Positions 8,910 through 17,719 of a DNA stretch of 20,000 bases are shown here, one piece after another. A model generated the notes under the pieces. That model made no database searches. It worked only from the letters and a program-made list of their open reading frames with translations, and was not told where the DNA came from. Source of the DNA: an uncultured virus (IMG/VR IMGVR_UViG_3300002835_000125) (taxonomy: Duplodnaviria; Heunggongvirae; Uroviricota; Caudoviricetes); the IMG/VR virus record IMGVR_UViG_3300002835_000125, one strand, 5' to 3'. Position 1 is the stretch's first letter. Each line of letters begins with the position of its first letter. The position numbers were made by a program, and so were the translations under genes.

Positions 8910-11900
8910 ATGGAATGTAGTTTAAATAAATCTCTTATAAAAGATACAATAACAGACACTATTAATATTAGTGTAGTAAATTCAGGATTTTTTTCTGATG
9001 ATTATGTAATGCTTGATAATAAAGGAGAAAAATTAGTATCTAAAATAAATAAAGCTTACAAAACAGATGTATTAAAATTAGAAGATGGAAAACTTTCTAT
9101 GGTAATACCCGATAAATTAATTTCTCAATACGCTTTTAGTAATCCAGATGGGAAAGATATGGTATTTGAAGAAATTAAAAATTCATATTTATCATACTAT
9201 TCTGATGGAAGTTTAAATTTAATAAGCGATGATAAATTTATAAATCATCCTTTATTAGAAGGTCCTTCTATAGAAGTTTTAATAAAGTTTGCAAAGAAGA
9301 TAAATCCTAATTTTAAAGTGGCTGTAGTGGAAAATCTACCAGCAAAAGCACTTTCTCTTATAAGAGATAACATAATTATAATTCAAGAAAGACATTTTTT
9401 TGATGAATTTCCACAAGAAATATCTCACTTCTTTGTAGAATTATTAGATGAAAATTCAGAAATATATAAAGAACTTATTGAAAAAATAAGTGATTTTTCA
9501 ATATATGGAGAAATCAGAGAAAAATATAAAAATAATCCAGCATATCAAATAGATGGTAAACTCAATATAAAAAAGATAAAGAAAGAAGCTGCTGCAACTT
9601 TGATTGGAGAATATATAAAACAATCTCAAACAAATAATGTAAAAAATAAATTTGGAAAAGACTCTGAAAAAATTACAACATGGTTTGATAAATTAATGAA
9701 ATTTCTAAGAAGAGTTTTCACTTCTATTATTAGACCTATTTATCAAGAACCTATTAGTAACATATTTGAAAAGTCTGCTCAACAGATATTAGAAGGAGAT
9801 ATAAGTAATTTAGATTTAGCAAAACCAATATCTATATATGATAGTTATTTTTATTCTTTAGCTGAAGCAGCAATGCCTGAAACTACAGAAGCAAGTGCAT
9901 TTGCAAAAGCACTGAGTAAGTTTTCAAATGGAATGAAAAGAAAACTTACAAAAGCATTCTTAGTATTTGCAGAAGATAAAAAGTTAGAAGGATTACTAAA
10001 AGAGTTAGCTGACCCTATGTATCCTAGTTATAATAGACTATTTGATGCTATTAATTTATTAAAAGATGTAGATAGAACATTTGGATTTTTTGAGAATGAA
10101 GAGAATATAAATGTAAATATTATAGCAGAAGCAACACAAAAACTTGCAGAAGCATTTGCTATATTAGAAGCTGTTCCTAAAGCACTAACATCTGTTCTTG
10201 AAAATTTAAGAACTTCAATTAAAAAAGGAGGTTTAAATGAAAACGAATTAGTTAGTAATCTCACAGAACTTCAACACTACATGAAATTTATTGATACCTT
10301 TAAAAAGGTGGAGAGTGAATTTATAAGTCTTTTGAATGCAGTGAAAGAAAATGAAGAGTTAAATGAAGACATATATAATGATATGGTTCGTATTATGGGA
10401 ACAACATCTACTCAATTTAATAGAGTAAATCTTGAAATTATAAATATAATAAGGACACATCTATATGAAACGACTAAACTCTGGACCTTAACTTTATTTG
10501 AAAATTATAGAAAGAGTGTAACAGATAGATTGGAATTAGCCACTTTAGATTCATCAAAAATAAAACTTCTAACTATGTTAGAAGAAACGTTTAGCTCAAA
10601 TGACCATATAGAAGCTGCTTTATCAGGAAATTTAGATAAATTATATGCTAAAAGTGAGTTAGTAAAACTTGGAAAAGTAAAAGATAGATTTTCAAAAATA
10701 AAAGATATATCTAATATAGATTATTTTATATTTTTATTAGCTGCCCCTTCTTTAATGTCTGACCCTTTCTTAACTACAGCAGTTTCTTACTTTGTAAATC
10801 AACACTATAAAGAAGGTATACAAGCTGCTCAAGAAAGTAGAGTTTTTGCTACAGATGCTTTAGAATTAATGGAAAAAGCTGGAACAGATTATTATGGAAC
10901 ACAAGCTCAAATAATAGAAACTCAAAATACATTTGTACAAAATAAAGATGAAGCATTTGAAAAAGCTACATTAATAGATGAAACATTAAGATATAATCTA
11001 AATTTTGATTATCAAACTCTCTTAAAACAAAGAGAAGATATAGGTAAAAATTTAGGGTTTAAAAGATTTGAAATTAAAAATTTGAATCTAAATATAAAAG
11101 AAGGGAAAATAGAACTCCAATCAAGATTAGATGAAACTTTAAAAGAAGTAGAAAAATTAGAAAAAGAATATAAAGAAATTCAAAAAAAGATTAAAGATTT
11201 TAATTTTACTTATTATATACAACCATTTACAGATGATTACTATAAAATAATAAATAGTCTAAATAATGAAAAAGATGGAGAACTATTAAAAAAAGCAAAA
11301 CAATTAAAGTATTCAATTCTTCAATTGCAGTCTCAATTCTTATCACATTTAATATCTCAAAACCTTGAAAAAAATGATTATAAAGAAATTGAACTTGTTA
11401 ATAAAATGTCTCAATTAGTAGAAATAGAACAAAGTCTTCCTCCATTTGATAAAGTAAAATATGAAGAATTTTCTAAACTATTTATTGAAGATGAAATTAA
11501 TACAGGAAGAGCTATAGCTGCACATAAAAACTCTTGGATAAATAACTCTATCAGAGAAGCAAAAAAGAGTGGAGATACAACATCTATAGAAGATTTAAAA
11601 GAAAAATTTGAATATGATTGGGAAGAACTATTTATGGTTTATGACCTAACTCCTAAATTTTGGGAACAAAACTCAAAAAATTGGGAAAATCTTCAAGAGT
11701 ATATAAATAATAAAATAAATGAACCAAAACTTTTAAATAAGCAACTTGCTGCAATAAATACATTAAGAAATAAACTCTTAAAAGGAGTTAGAGGACCAAA
11801 TGGAGAAGTATTTATACAAGCTTTAGAAAAAGTAAGGTCTCCTATTTCAGATAATCCTCTTTATGAAGATTTATATGAATTAGAAATTAGACAAGATTTA

Positions 11901-14900
11901 TTAAGGAAAAAAATAAATGCTGTTAGCTCTGTTCCAAGAAACTTAACTTCAACACCAAATGGAAGAAAGTTATATGATACATTTTTAATTGGATATGAAA
12001 TTGGTTATATACTTGAAGAAATAGAATTAAATAAATTGTCAGATGGTTTAATTTCTGAAATGTTAGGAGAATATTTTAATATGTCAGATAGCTTATTAAA
12101 CTATATAAAAACAGAGGGAGTAAAAGGGAAAGATTCTTATAAAAATATAGTTAAAAAATTGTTTGAATCTGTAAAAAAAGAATATTCTCAATATGAAGAA
12201 ACTCTAATAAATACAATTAATGTACAAGGTGATAATTTAAAATCTTTCACAGAGTTAATGTTTGCTATAGTAGGGGGAGCAAATATTAGAGGAGTAGCAT
12301 CAGAAGAATCATTAAATGAAGTGAATAGTATATTTAATAATATAGCTGAATTTTCTACAAAAACAGTATCTCAAAATTATTTATACTTTATACAAAATGG
12401 AGTGGTAGATATATTAAAAGATTTGTTAGACCCAAAAATAAAAGTAAATGGGGTGGATGACTCTTTAAGAAATCAAATAAGAGGAATAATTAATGAAATA
12501 GAATCTAAAGGGGTTTTTGACATTCAATTTATTAGAGAAAATGTTTGGGTAGAACCTATTTTTAATGCTATATATAATTATTTAATATATAGAGAAGAGA
12601 CGGGTAATCCATATGTTACATTTTCATCAGAGTTTTTTATGAACTCTCATAAAAAGATTAAGTCTAAAACTGCAAGAGGAAGCTGGATAGAACATTACGA
12701 ACCTTTATCATTTCATAAAAAAATAGAACCTTTAGATAAAGAAAACTCATCTCTATATCAATATAGACCAGTTAAATTTTTAAGAAAAAGTAAAGTGTCA
12801 GATGAATATATAACTGAAAAAATAAAAGAAATTGACCCAAGGGTTATATCAGGACAGAAAAAAGCAACCGTTGATATTAACAATAATTGGTTACCTCGTT
12901 CTGTTAAAAAAGTTACAGTAAAAGATGATAAAGACAATGATACAATTATAGATAATGTCTATTGGAATAATAAATATGAAGATATAAAGAATAATAATAA
13001 ACCCCTTTTTGATTTAATTAATTATATCAAATTGCAATATTTACAAAAACAGATTGATTTTTTACCAGAAGGACAAAGACCTGATTTAATTCTTCCTTCA
13101 AGAATGTTTGACCAATTTGAAAGAAAAAAAACTCTTATTGAAAATACTAAAGAAATCAAAGGAAATATTCAGGCATTTTTCTCTTTGAGAAAAGCAGATG
13201 AAACAAGTTCTAACATTAAAATAAATTTTGATGAAGAGTTAGGTATTCTAACACAAAATAATTATGATATATATACAGGAGCTATTATAGCAGAGAGTCA
13301 GGTAAAATTAAAATCTATGAGAAATATTCCTATTCATAGAGTTTCAAAAGATATTATTGCATCTATAATGTTTTTTATAGATGATATACATGAATATAAA
13401 GCTAAACAAATTGCATACCCAGTTTTTAAATCTTTTTCAGATGTTTTTGCTCAAACAAATACATTAAATTCTAATATGAATAAAAAAAGGTCTGAAGTAA
13501 TGAATCTATATATGAAAACTCGTATTTTAGATGAAGTACCGGAAGGTTTTGCAAATAATCCAGCTTTAGCAAGAGTATTATCTTTTTTAAGAAAACTATC
13601 TGTAAATAAGTTGTTATTAGACCCTTTAGGAGCAATGGTAAACTTAGCAAATGGAGAACTTCAAATATTTATAGAAAATACTATTAGTAAAAAAGCATGG
13701 GCTAATTTTGTAAAAGCAAGCGTAGAAGCTACTAAATGGCAATATGCATATGATAAAGATGCTTTATTATTTAGTCAACATAAATTATCCATAGAATCTC
13801 AACTAATTGATGTATTAGGAATGATACCACAAGGTATAGATTTATCAGAAAGAATGTCTAAATTAGGTGTAGTTTCTGATTTAAAAGCTATAGCTATGCA
13901 ACCAAGAGAACAAACTGAAATATTTATGGGTATTCAACTTGGGTTATCAATAGTTGAAAATTATGATATTCAATATAATGGTAAAAAATTAAAAATAAAA
14001 GAACTTTATGAATTAGATAAATATGGAAATATTAAATTAAAAGATGAATATTTATCATTAAAAGATGATTGGGATATTATAGATGGTAAGAATATACAAC
14101 AAATTAGGAATACTTTAATTAACACATATTCATTATTACAAGGTAACTTTTATGATTTTAATCAAAGTTATATTTCTAATACAGCTATAGGTAAATCAGC
14201 AGAGCTTCTTAAAAGATGGTTTATGACAGGATATATAAGAAGATTTCAAGGTGAAGTTTTAGACCCTTTTTTAGGTTCGGAAAGAGAAGGTTACCATTGG
14301 ACAATGTTAAAGTTTTTATATGATATGGGGACATCATTAAAAAATGATGGTGCTTCTGGAGCAAAGGAGCATTTCAATCTTGTAATGACTAAAAAACAGA
14401 AGAATAATCTTAGAAAATCTGTTGCTGAATTAACATATATATTTTTAATATCAATGTTTTTAATACATATATTAAAATATGACAGTGATGATGAAGATAA
14501 AAATAAGAAATTAAAAAAAATGAGTTATTGGGAAAAAGTAGCAATTCTCATAGCTATAAGAGCAAAGAGTGAAGCAGGTACATTTATACCTCTTCCTTTC
14601 TTTGGACTTGGTTTACAAGAAACATTTAGGGCATTTTTAGACCCATTTGGAGTTATTAAAGGAACTGTTTTAAATATTTCAGGAAGTGCAAAAATAATAT
14701 TAGATGAAATTATGTATGCTATGGGATTTGATATTCCAGAAAAAAATATGAGATATCAAAGAGATATGACAAATCCAGTTTTTCCTTCACTATCTTTAAA
14801 AGATAAAAATGATAGAAAAATATGGGTGTTAATTTTAAATACACTTGGTTATACAGGATACACCTTTGACCCTGAAACATATATTAAAACAATTGATTCA

Positions 14901-14921
14901 CTTACAAATAGAATAAAATAA
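8910..14921 (+). CDS. Large virion-associated (putative ejection/cargo) protein, 2003 aa, with degenerate zincin-like N-terminal module, coiled coils and C-terminal hydrophobic helices
   Basis: Uninterrupted ORF 9 nt after the RNAP stop. PQEISHFF (9411-9434), KKEAAATLIG (~9579) and WFDKLMKFLRRVF mirror the zincin module of ORF1. Heptad-like stretch at ~11020-11200, hydrophobic segments at ~14427-14620, only one Cys seen. The function is inferred from context. Confidence 0.7.
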   Translation: MECSLNKSLIKDTITDTINISVVNSGFFSDDYVMLDNKGEKLVSKINKAYKTDVLKLEDGKLSMVIPDKLISQYAFSNPDGKDMVFEEIKNSYLSYYSDGSLNLISDDKFINHPLLEGPSIEVLIKFAKKINPNFKVAVVENLPAKALSLIRDNIIIIQERHFFDEFPQEISHFFVELLDENSEIYKELIEKISDFSIYGEIREKYKNNPAYQIDGKLNIKKIKKEAAATLIGEYIKQSQTNNVKNKFGKDSEKITTWFDKLMKFLRRVFTSIIRPIYQEPISNIFEKSAQQILEGDISNLDLAKPISIYDSYFYSLAEAAMPETTEASAFAKALSKFSNGMKRKLTKAFLVFAEDKKLEGLLKELADPMYPSYNRLFDAINLLKDVDRTFGFFENEENINVNIIAEATQKLAEAFAILEAVPKALTSVLENLRTSIKKGGLNENELVSNLTELQHYMKFIDTFKKVESEFISLLNAVKENEELNEDIYNDMVRIMGTTSTQFNRVNLEIINIIRTHLYETTKLWTLTLFENYRKSVTDRLELATLDSSKIKLLTMLEETFSSNDHIEAALSGNLDKLYAKSELVKLGKVKDRFSKIKDISNIDYFIFLLAAPSLMSDPFLTTAVSYFVNQHYKEGIQAAQESRVFATDALELMEKAGTDYYGTQAQIIETQNTFVQNKDEAFEKATLIDETLRYNLNFDYQTLLKQREDIGKNLGFKRFEIKNLNLNIKEGKIELQSRLDETLKEVEKLEKEYKEIQKKIKDFNFTYYIQPFTDDYYKIINSLNNEKDGELLKKAKQLKYSILQLQSQFLSHLISQNLEKNDYKEIELVNKMSQLVEIEQSLPPFDKVKYEEFSKLFIEDEINTGRAIAAHKNSWINNSIREAKKSGDTTSIEDLKEKFEYDWEELFMVYDLTPKFWEQNSKNWENLQEYINNKINEPKLLNKQLAAINTLRNKLLKGVRGPNGEVFIQALEKVRSPISDNPLYEDLYELEIRQDLLRKKINAVSSVPRNLTSTPNGRKLYDTFLIGYEIGYILEEIELNKLSDGLISEMLGEYFNMSDSLLNYIKTEGVKGKDSYKNIVKKLFESVKKEYSQYEETLINTINVQGDNLKSFTELMFAIVGGANIRGVASEESLNEVNSIFNNIAEFSTKTVSQNYLYFIQNGVVDILKDLLDPKIKVNGVDDSLRNQIRGIINEIESKGVFDIQFIRENVWVEPIFNAIYNYLIYREETGNPYVTFSSEFFMNSHKKIKSKTARGSWIEHYEPLSFHKKIEPLDKENSSLYQYRPVKFLRKSKVSDEYITEKIKEIDPRVISGQKKATVDINNNWLPRSVKKVTVKDDKDNDTIIDNVYWNNKYEDIKNNNKPLFDLINYIKLQYLQKQIDFLPEGQRPDLILPSRMFDQFERKKTLIENTKEIKGNIQAFFSLRKADETSSNIKINFDEELGILTQNNYDIYTGAIIAESQVKLKSMRNIPIHRVSKDIIASIMFFIDDIHEYKAKQIAYPVFKSFSDVFAQTNTLNSNMNKKRSEVMNLYMKTRILDEVPEGFANNPALARVLSFLRKLSVNKLLLDPLGAMVNLANGELQIFIENTISKKAWANFVKASVEATKWQYAYDKDALLFSQHKLSIESQLIDVLGMIPQGIDLSERMSKLGVVSDLKAIAMQPREQTEIFMGIQLGLSIVENYDIQYNGKKLKIKELYELDKYGNIKLKDEYLSLKDDWDIIDGKNIQQIRNTLINTYSLLQGNFYDFNQSYISNTAIGKSAELLKRWFMTGYIRRFQGEVLDPFLGSEREGYHWTMLKFLYDMGTSLKNDGASGAKEHFNLVMTKKQKNNLRKSVAELTYIFLISMFLIHILKYDSDDEDKNKKLKKMSYWEKVAILIAIRAKSEAGTFIPLPFFGLGLQETFRAFLDPFGVIKGTVLNISGSAKIILDEIMYAMGFDIPEKNMRYQRDMTNPVFPSLSLKDKNDRKIWVLILNTLGYTGYTFDPETYIKTIDSLTNRIK

Positions 14922-14922
14922 G

Positions 14923-15117
14923 ATGATAATATCCTTACCAAATGGAAAATTTCTTCACAAATCATTAGAAGAAATGCTATCTATAAAAGATGAAGAAATA
15001 GATATGTGGTATCAGAACATGATAGCAGATAATATGGGAGATGATAGCCTTAATCCATTTACATCTTTTAGAGATGTAGAACTTATGGAATTTGATATTC
15101 CAGATATAGAAGAATAG
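14923..15117 (+). CDS. Small acidic hypothetical phage protein (64 aa)
   Basis: ATG 1 nt after the previous stop, A-rich leader, natural-looking sequence (LPNGK...NPF), ends in TAG. Confidence 0.75.
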   Translation: MIISLPNGKFLHKSLEEMLSIKDEEIDMWYQNMIADNMGDDSLNPFTSFRDVELMEFDIPDIEE

Positions 15118-15144
15118 CTATATTATTAACTACTTAAAATTAAC

Positions 15145-15175
15145 TTGCTAAATGTAGCAAAATAAATTATATTAG
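15145..15175 (+). promoter_or_regulatory. Candidate promoter with overlapping palindrome
   Basis: TTG(15145)-N20-TATATTAG(15168-15175) is one mismatch from the Bacteroidota TTG...TAnnTTTG consensus and also reads TTGCTA-N17-TATATT. The inverted repeat TTGCTA-aatg-TAGCAA spans 15145-15160. It lies in the only sizeable true intergenic gap, but AT-richness weakens the match. Confidence 0.45.
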
Positions 15176-15178
15176 GTT

Positions 15179-17050
15179 ATGACATGTTGTGATATACCCG
15201 CAAAATTACACTCTTTCCCCCAAACATGGAGAGAAGAACTTTCTGCATTATTATGTGAAATAGTAAATGAAAGACAAAATATTGATTGTGAAACAGTTAA
15301 AGATTGTGAAACAGTTACAGCTCTAACAGCTTTTTCATTAAATGAAGATGTACTTTCTATTTCTTATAGAGATGAAAAAAATATTGTAACTACTCGTCAA
15401 CAGAGCATTTCTTCTATTTTTAATAATATATTAACATTTAATAGTGGATTAGAAAAAAATAGTAATGTTGTACAATTAGGTGGAAACCCACTTCTAAAAA
15501 ATACAATATTAAATCTATCAGGATATATATTAGATGTAGATGGAGAAAATATTAGATTCTCTGATTATCCCTCTTCAAGAACTCCCGATACAGCAAATGG
15601 AACTTATTTGTTTACTAACACAAGTGGTAAATTAATGACTGGTTCATTAGCTTCATTAATACCTAGTACTTTTTCAGCACCATTAACATTTGATAATGGT
15701 TTAACAAGAACTACTAATAATATAAGATTGGGTGGAAATCTTGTAACTCCTACAGTTATTGATGCTGTTAATGATGCTGCTCTTGTAACAAATGATTTAT
15801 GGGTTAAAAATAATACAGCTTTTGGAGATTTAAGAAATACTACTAATGTAGTAAGATTTTTAAATGTTCATAATGCATTACCGGGAAAACAAGATATACA
15901 CCCTTTTTATGTAGATAAGGTATTTACTGAGACTTCTCCTACAACAGATAGTTATGGAGCAGTAATTATACATTCAGCAAGAGGTGCTGGAAACTTAAAT
16001 TTTACTAATGTATATAATAGTGCTTTAGATGTTAGATTTTCCTATTCTTCAAATACATCGAATATTATAGGTAATGTAAATGGTGTTATTTCAGGATTAA
16101 CTTTTGGAACTAGTGAAACATTAACTGGTGGAGATATAGATTCTTTTACAGGATTTAGAGCTTCAGCCCCAAGACAATCAACTCTTTCTAATCCATCTAA
16201 TAAAACATATGGTGGAGAAATAGACACTTTATATGGACTTTATGTAGAAGATTTAAGAAATGGTAGCGAAGTAGACCCATCTGTAGTAATAAATAATACT
16301 TGGGGAGTTTATCAAGAAGGTGTTAATGATTTTAATAGGTTCTATGGTGTTACTGGATTTGGGCCATTTGGCCTTGGTGATTTATCTGCGCAAGTAAATA
16401 TATCAAGAACAGCAAAGCATAATTATAAATCACAATCTTTAAACTCTTATCTTCTACTTAATCAAAATAGAGGAGTTCAACCAATAGTAGATAATATATC
16501 AACTCCTACACATAGTACTATAGATTTATCTTTCACAGGAAATGAAACTTTTGACGCTAGTTCTTTTGTATCAGCAATAGATGCTAAAGTTACTTATAGT
16601 TCTAATACATCTAATGTTACAGGTAAAGTATCAAGCATAACAACAGATAGTATATTTTATTCAGGTGTTGTTAGTAATGGAGGTGGAAGTTTTGATAAAT
16701 TAATAGGAGTAAGAGTTACAAAACCTTTACAATTACAACCTACTTTAGCTCTTGCTGCAAAAAATTACACAGGTACAATAGCAGATACGTATGGTATATT
16801 AATTGAACAGCAATATGGTGGATTAGCTGTTGGTGCTGCACAAACAAGAACTTGGGGTGTATATCAAGAAGGTGCTAACGATGTAAACTACTTTGCAGGT
16901 AAAACAAGAATTACTGAATTAAATATAGGAAATACAGGAGCATCTGTACCAAATGCCGTTACAGCATCTGTAGCAACAGCATCTACAAATAAAATAGCAA
17001 TAAATATAAATGGTACTACTTATTACCTTTTAGCAACAACAGTAGCTTAA
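15179..17050 (+). CDS. Putative virion fibre/spike or structural protein with internal repeats (623 aa)
   Basis: Cys-rich N-terminus, then a G/T/S/N-rich beta-type body. Repeats LTFxxGL...LGGN (x2) and a 184-aa-period duplication ending TWGVYQEG-ND-N-F-G. C-terminal KIAININGTTYYLL resembles fibre tips. Confidence 0.65.
   Translation: MTCCDIPAKLHSFPQTWREELSALLCEIVNERQNIDCETVKDCETVTALTAFSLNEDVLSISYRDEKNIVTTRQQSISSIFNNILTFNSGLEKNSNVVQLGGNPLLKNTILNLSGYILDVDGENIRFSDYPSSRTPDTANGTYLFTNTSGKLMTGSLASLIPSTFSAPLTFDNGLTRTTNNIRLGGNLVTPTVIDAVNDAALVTNDLWVKNNTAFGDLRNTTNVVRFLNVHNALPGKQDIHPFYVDKVFTETSPTTDSYGAVIIHSARGAGNLNFTNVYNSALDVRFSYSSNTSNIIGNVNGVISGLTFGTSETLTGGDIDSFTGFRASAPRQSTLSNPSNKTYGGEIDTLYGLYVEDLRNGSEVDPSVVINNTWGVYQEGVNDFNRFYGVTGFGPFGLGDLSAQVNISRTAKHNYKSQSLNSYLLLNQNRGVQPIVDNISTPTHSTIDLSFTGNETFDASSFVSAIDAKVTYSSNTSNVTGKVSSITTDSIFYSGVVSNGGGSFDKLIGVRVTKPLQLQPTLALAAKNYTGTIADTYGILIEQQYGGLAVGAAQTRTWGVYQEGANDVNYFAGKTRITELNIGNTGASVPNAVTASVATASTNKIAININGTTYYLLATTVA
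15284..15317 (+). repeat. Short coding tandem repeat GATTGTGAAACAGTTA x2 (18-nt period; DCETVK-DCETVT)
   Basis: Exact 16-nt copies at 15284-15299 and 15302-15317. Confidence 0.9.
16019..16900 (+). repeat. Diverged intragenic domain duplication, 552-nt (184-aa) period
   Basis: SALDVRFSYSSNTSN (16019) vs SAIDAKVTYSSNTSN (16571); TWGVYQEGVNDFNRFYG (16298) vs TWGVYQEGANDVNYFAG (16850). Both offsets are exactly 552 nt. Confidence 0.9.
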
Positions 17051-17066
17051 ATTATAAAATAATAGA

Positions 17067-17426
17067 ATGGAAGATATACTTATAAAAATTGGAAGTTACG
17101 TATTAACAGGATTAATACCATTGGGGTTATGGATGTGGAAAGAATCTGCAAAAAAAGCAAAGGGAGAATCTGATATTCATAGTGCTTTAGAAGCATTGAA
17201 GTTATTAATTCATACTAATAAAACTTATTTTGATGAAAAAATACTTAGATTAGAAAGAGATTTAAGGGAACAAAAAGAAGAAAAGAAAGAACTTGAAAAC
17301 AGAATTTATATAAAAATACAATCTGTTGAAGGATTAGTTACTAAGTCTCATGAACATATAAATGAAATTAAAGTATTAGTAACAAAAATTGCTACTATAC
17401 AAGGAATGGAAAATCAAGACAAATGA
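17067..17426 (+). CDS. Membrane-anchored coiled-coil protein, holin/antiholin-like (119 aa)
   Basis: Single N-terminal hydrophobic segment (IGSYVLTGLIPLGLWMW) followed by a charged coiled coil; ATGA overlap with the next gene. Confidence 0.6.
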   Translation: MEDILIKIGSYVLTGLIPLGLWMWKESAKKAKGESDIHSALEALKLLIHTNKTYFDEKILRLERDLREQKEEKKELENRIYIKIQSVEGLVTKSHEHINEIKVLVTKIATIQGMENQDK

Positions 17427-17719
17427 TAATTAAACAATTTTTCTTAAAATTACTAAAATCTAATTCAGGTGTGAGCAGTAGAAGATTTATTGGTCTTTTA
17501 ATGCTACCTACATATATATTAGGTGTAGTTGTTGGGATATTCTCAAAAGAATTTAACTTTTATATAACAGCTATGATAGCTGCTGCTATACCATTATTAA
17601 TGGCATATTTTCTTTTATCATGGGAACATATAAAAGAATTAGCATCAAGCTCTTTTATAATAAAGGGACCACCTGCTCAAAACGAAACAATAGTAGAAGA
17701 AACAATACTACCAGAATAA
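17423..17719 (+). CDS. Putative holin, two transmembrane helices (98 aa)
   Basis: Basic N-terminus, SSRR, TM1 FIGLLMLPTYILGVVVGIF, TM2 FYITAMIAAAIPLLMAYFLL and a charged C-tail; class II holin-like topology. Confidence 0.6.
   Translation: MIIKQFFLKLLKSNSGVSSRRFIGLLMLPTYILGVVVGIFSKEFNFYITAMIAAAIPLLMAYFLLSWEHIKELASSSFIIKGPPAQNETIVEETILPE

Noticed and set aside
3..14921. Inteins, introns or homing endonucleases in the giant genes
   Set aside because: No frame breaks, no LAGLIDADG/HNH motifs and no Cys-start...His-Asn splice junction pattern recognised; a divergent element cannot be fully excluded by eye.
15145..15160. Inverted repeat as an intrinsic terminator
   Set aside because: Only a 6-bp AT-rich stem with no following U-tract on the + strand; it fits better as part of a promoter/operator.
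2228..16227. Eight short minus-strand ORFs (61-85 aa) in the track
   Set aside because: All lie antisense within long + strand genes and have the F/S/I/L-rich composition expected from the reverse complement of K/E-rich coding DNA; no motifs.
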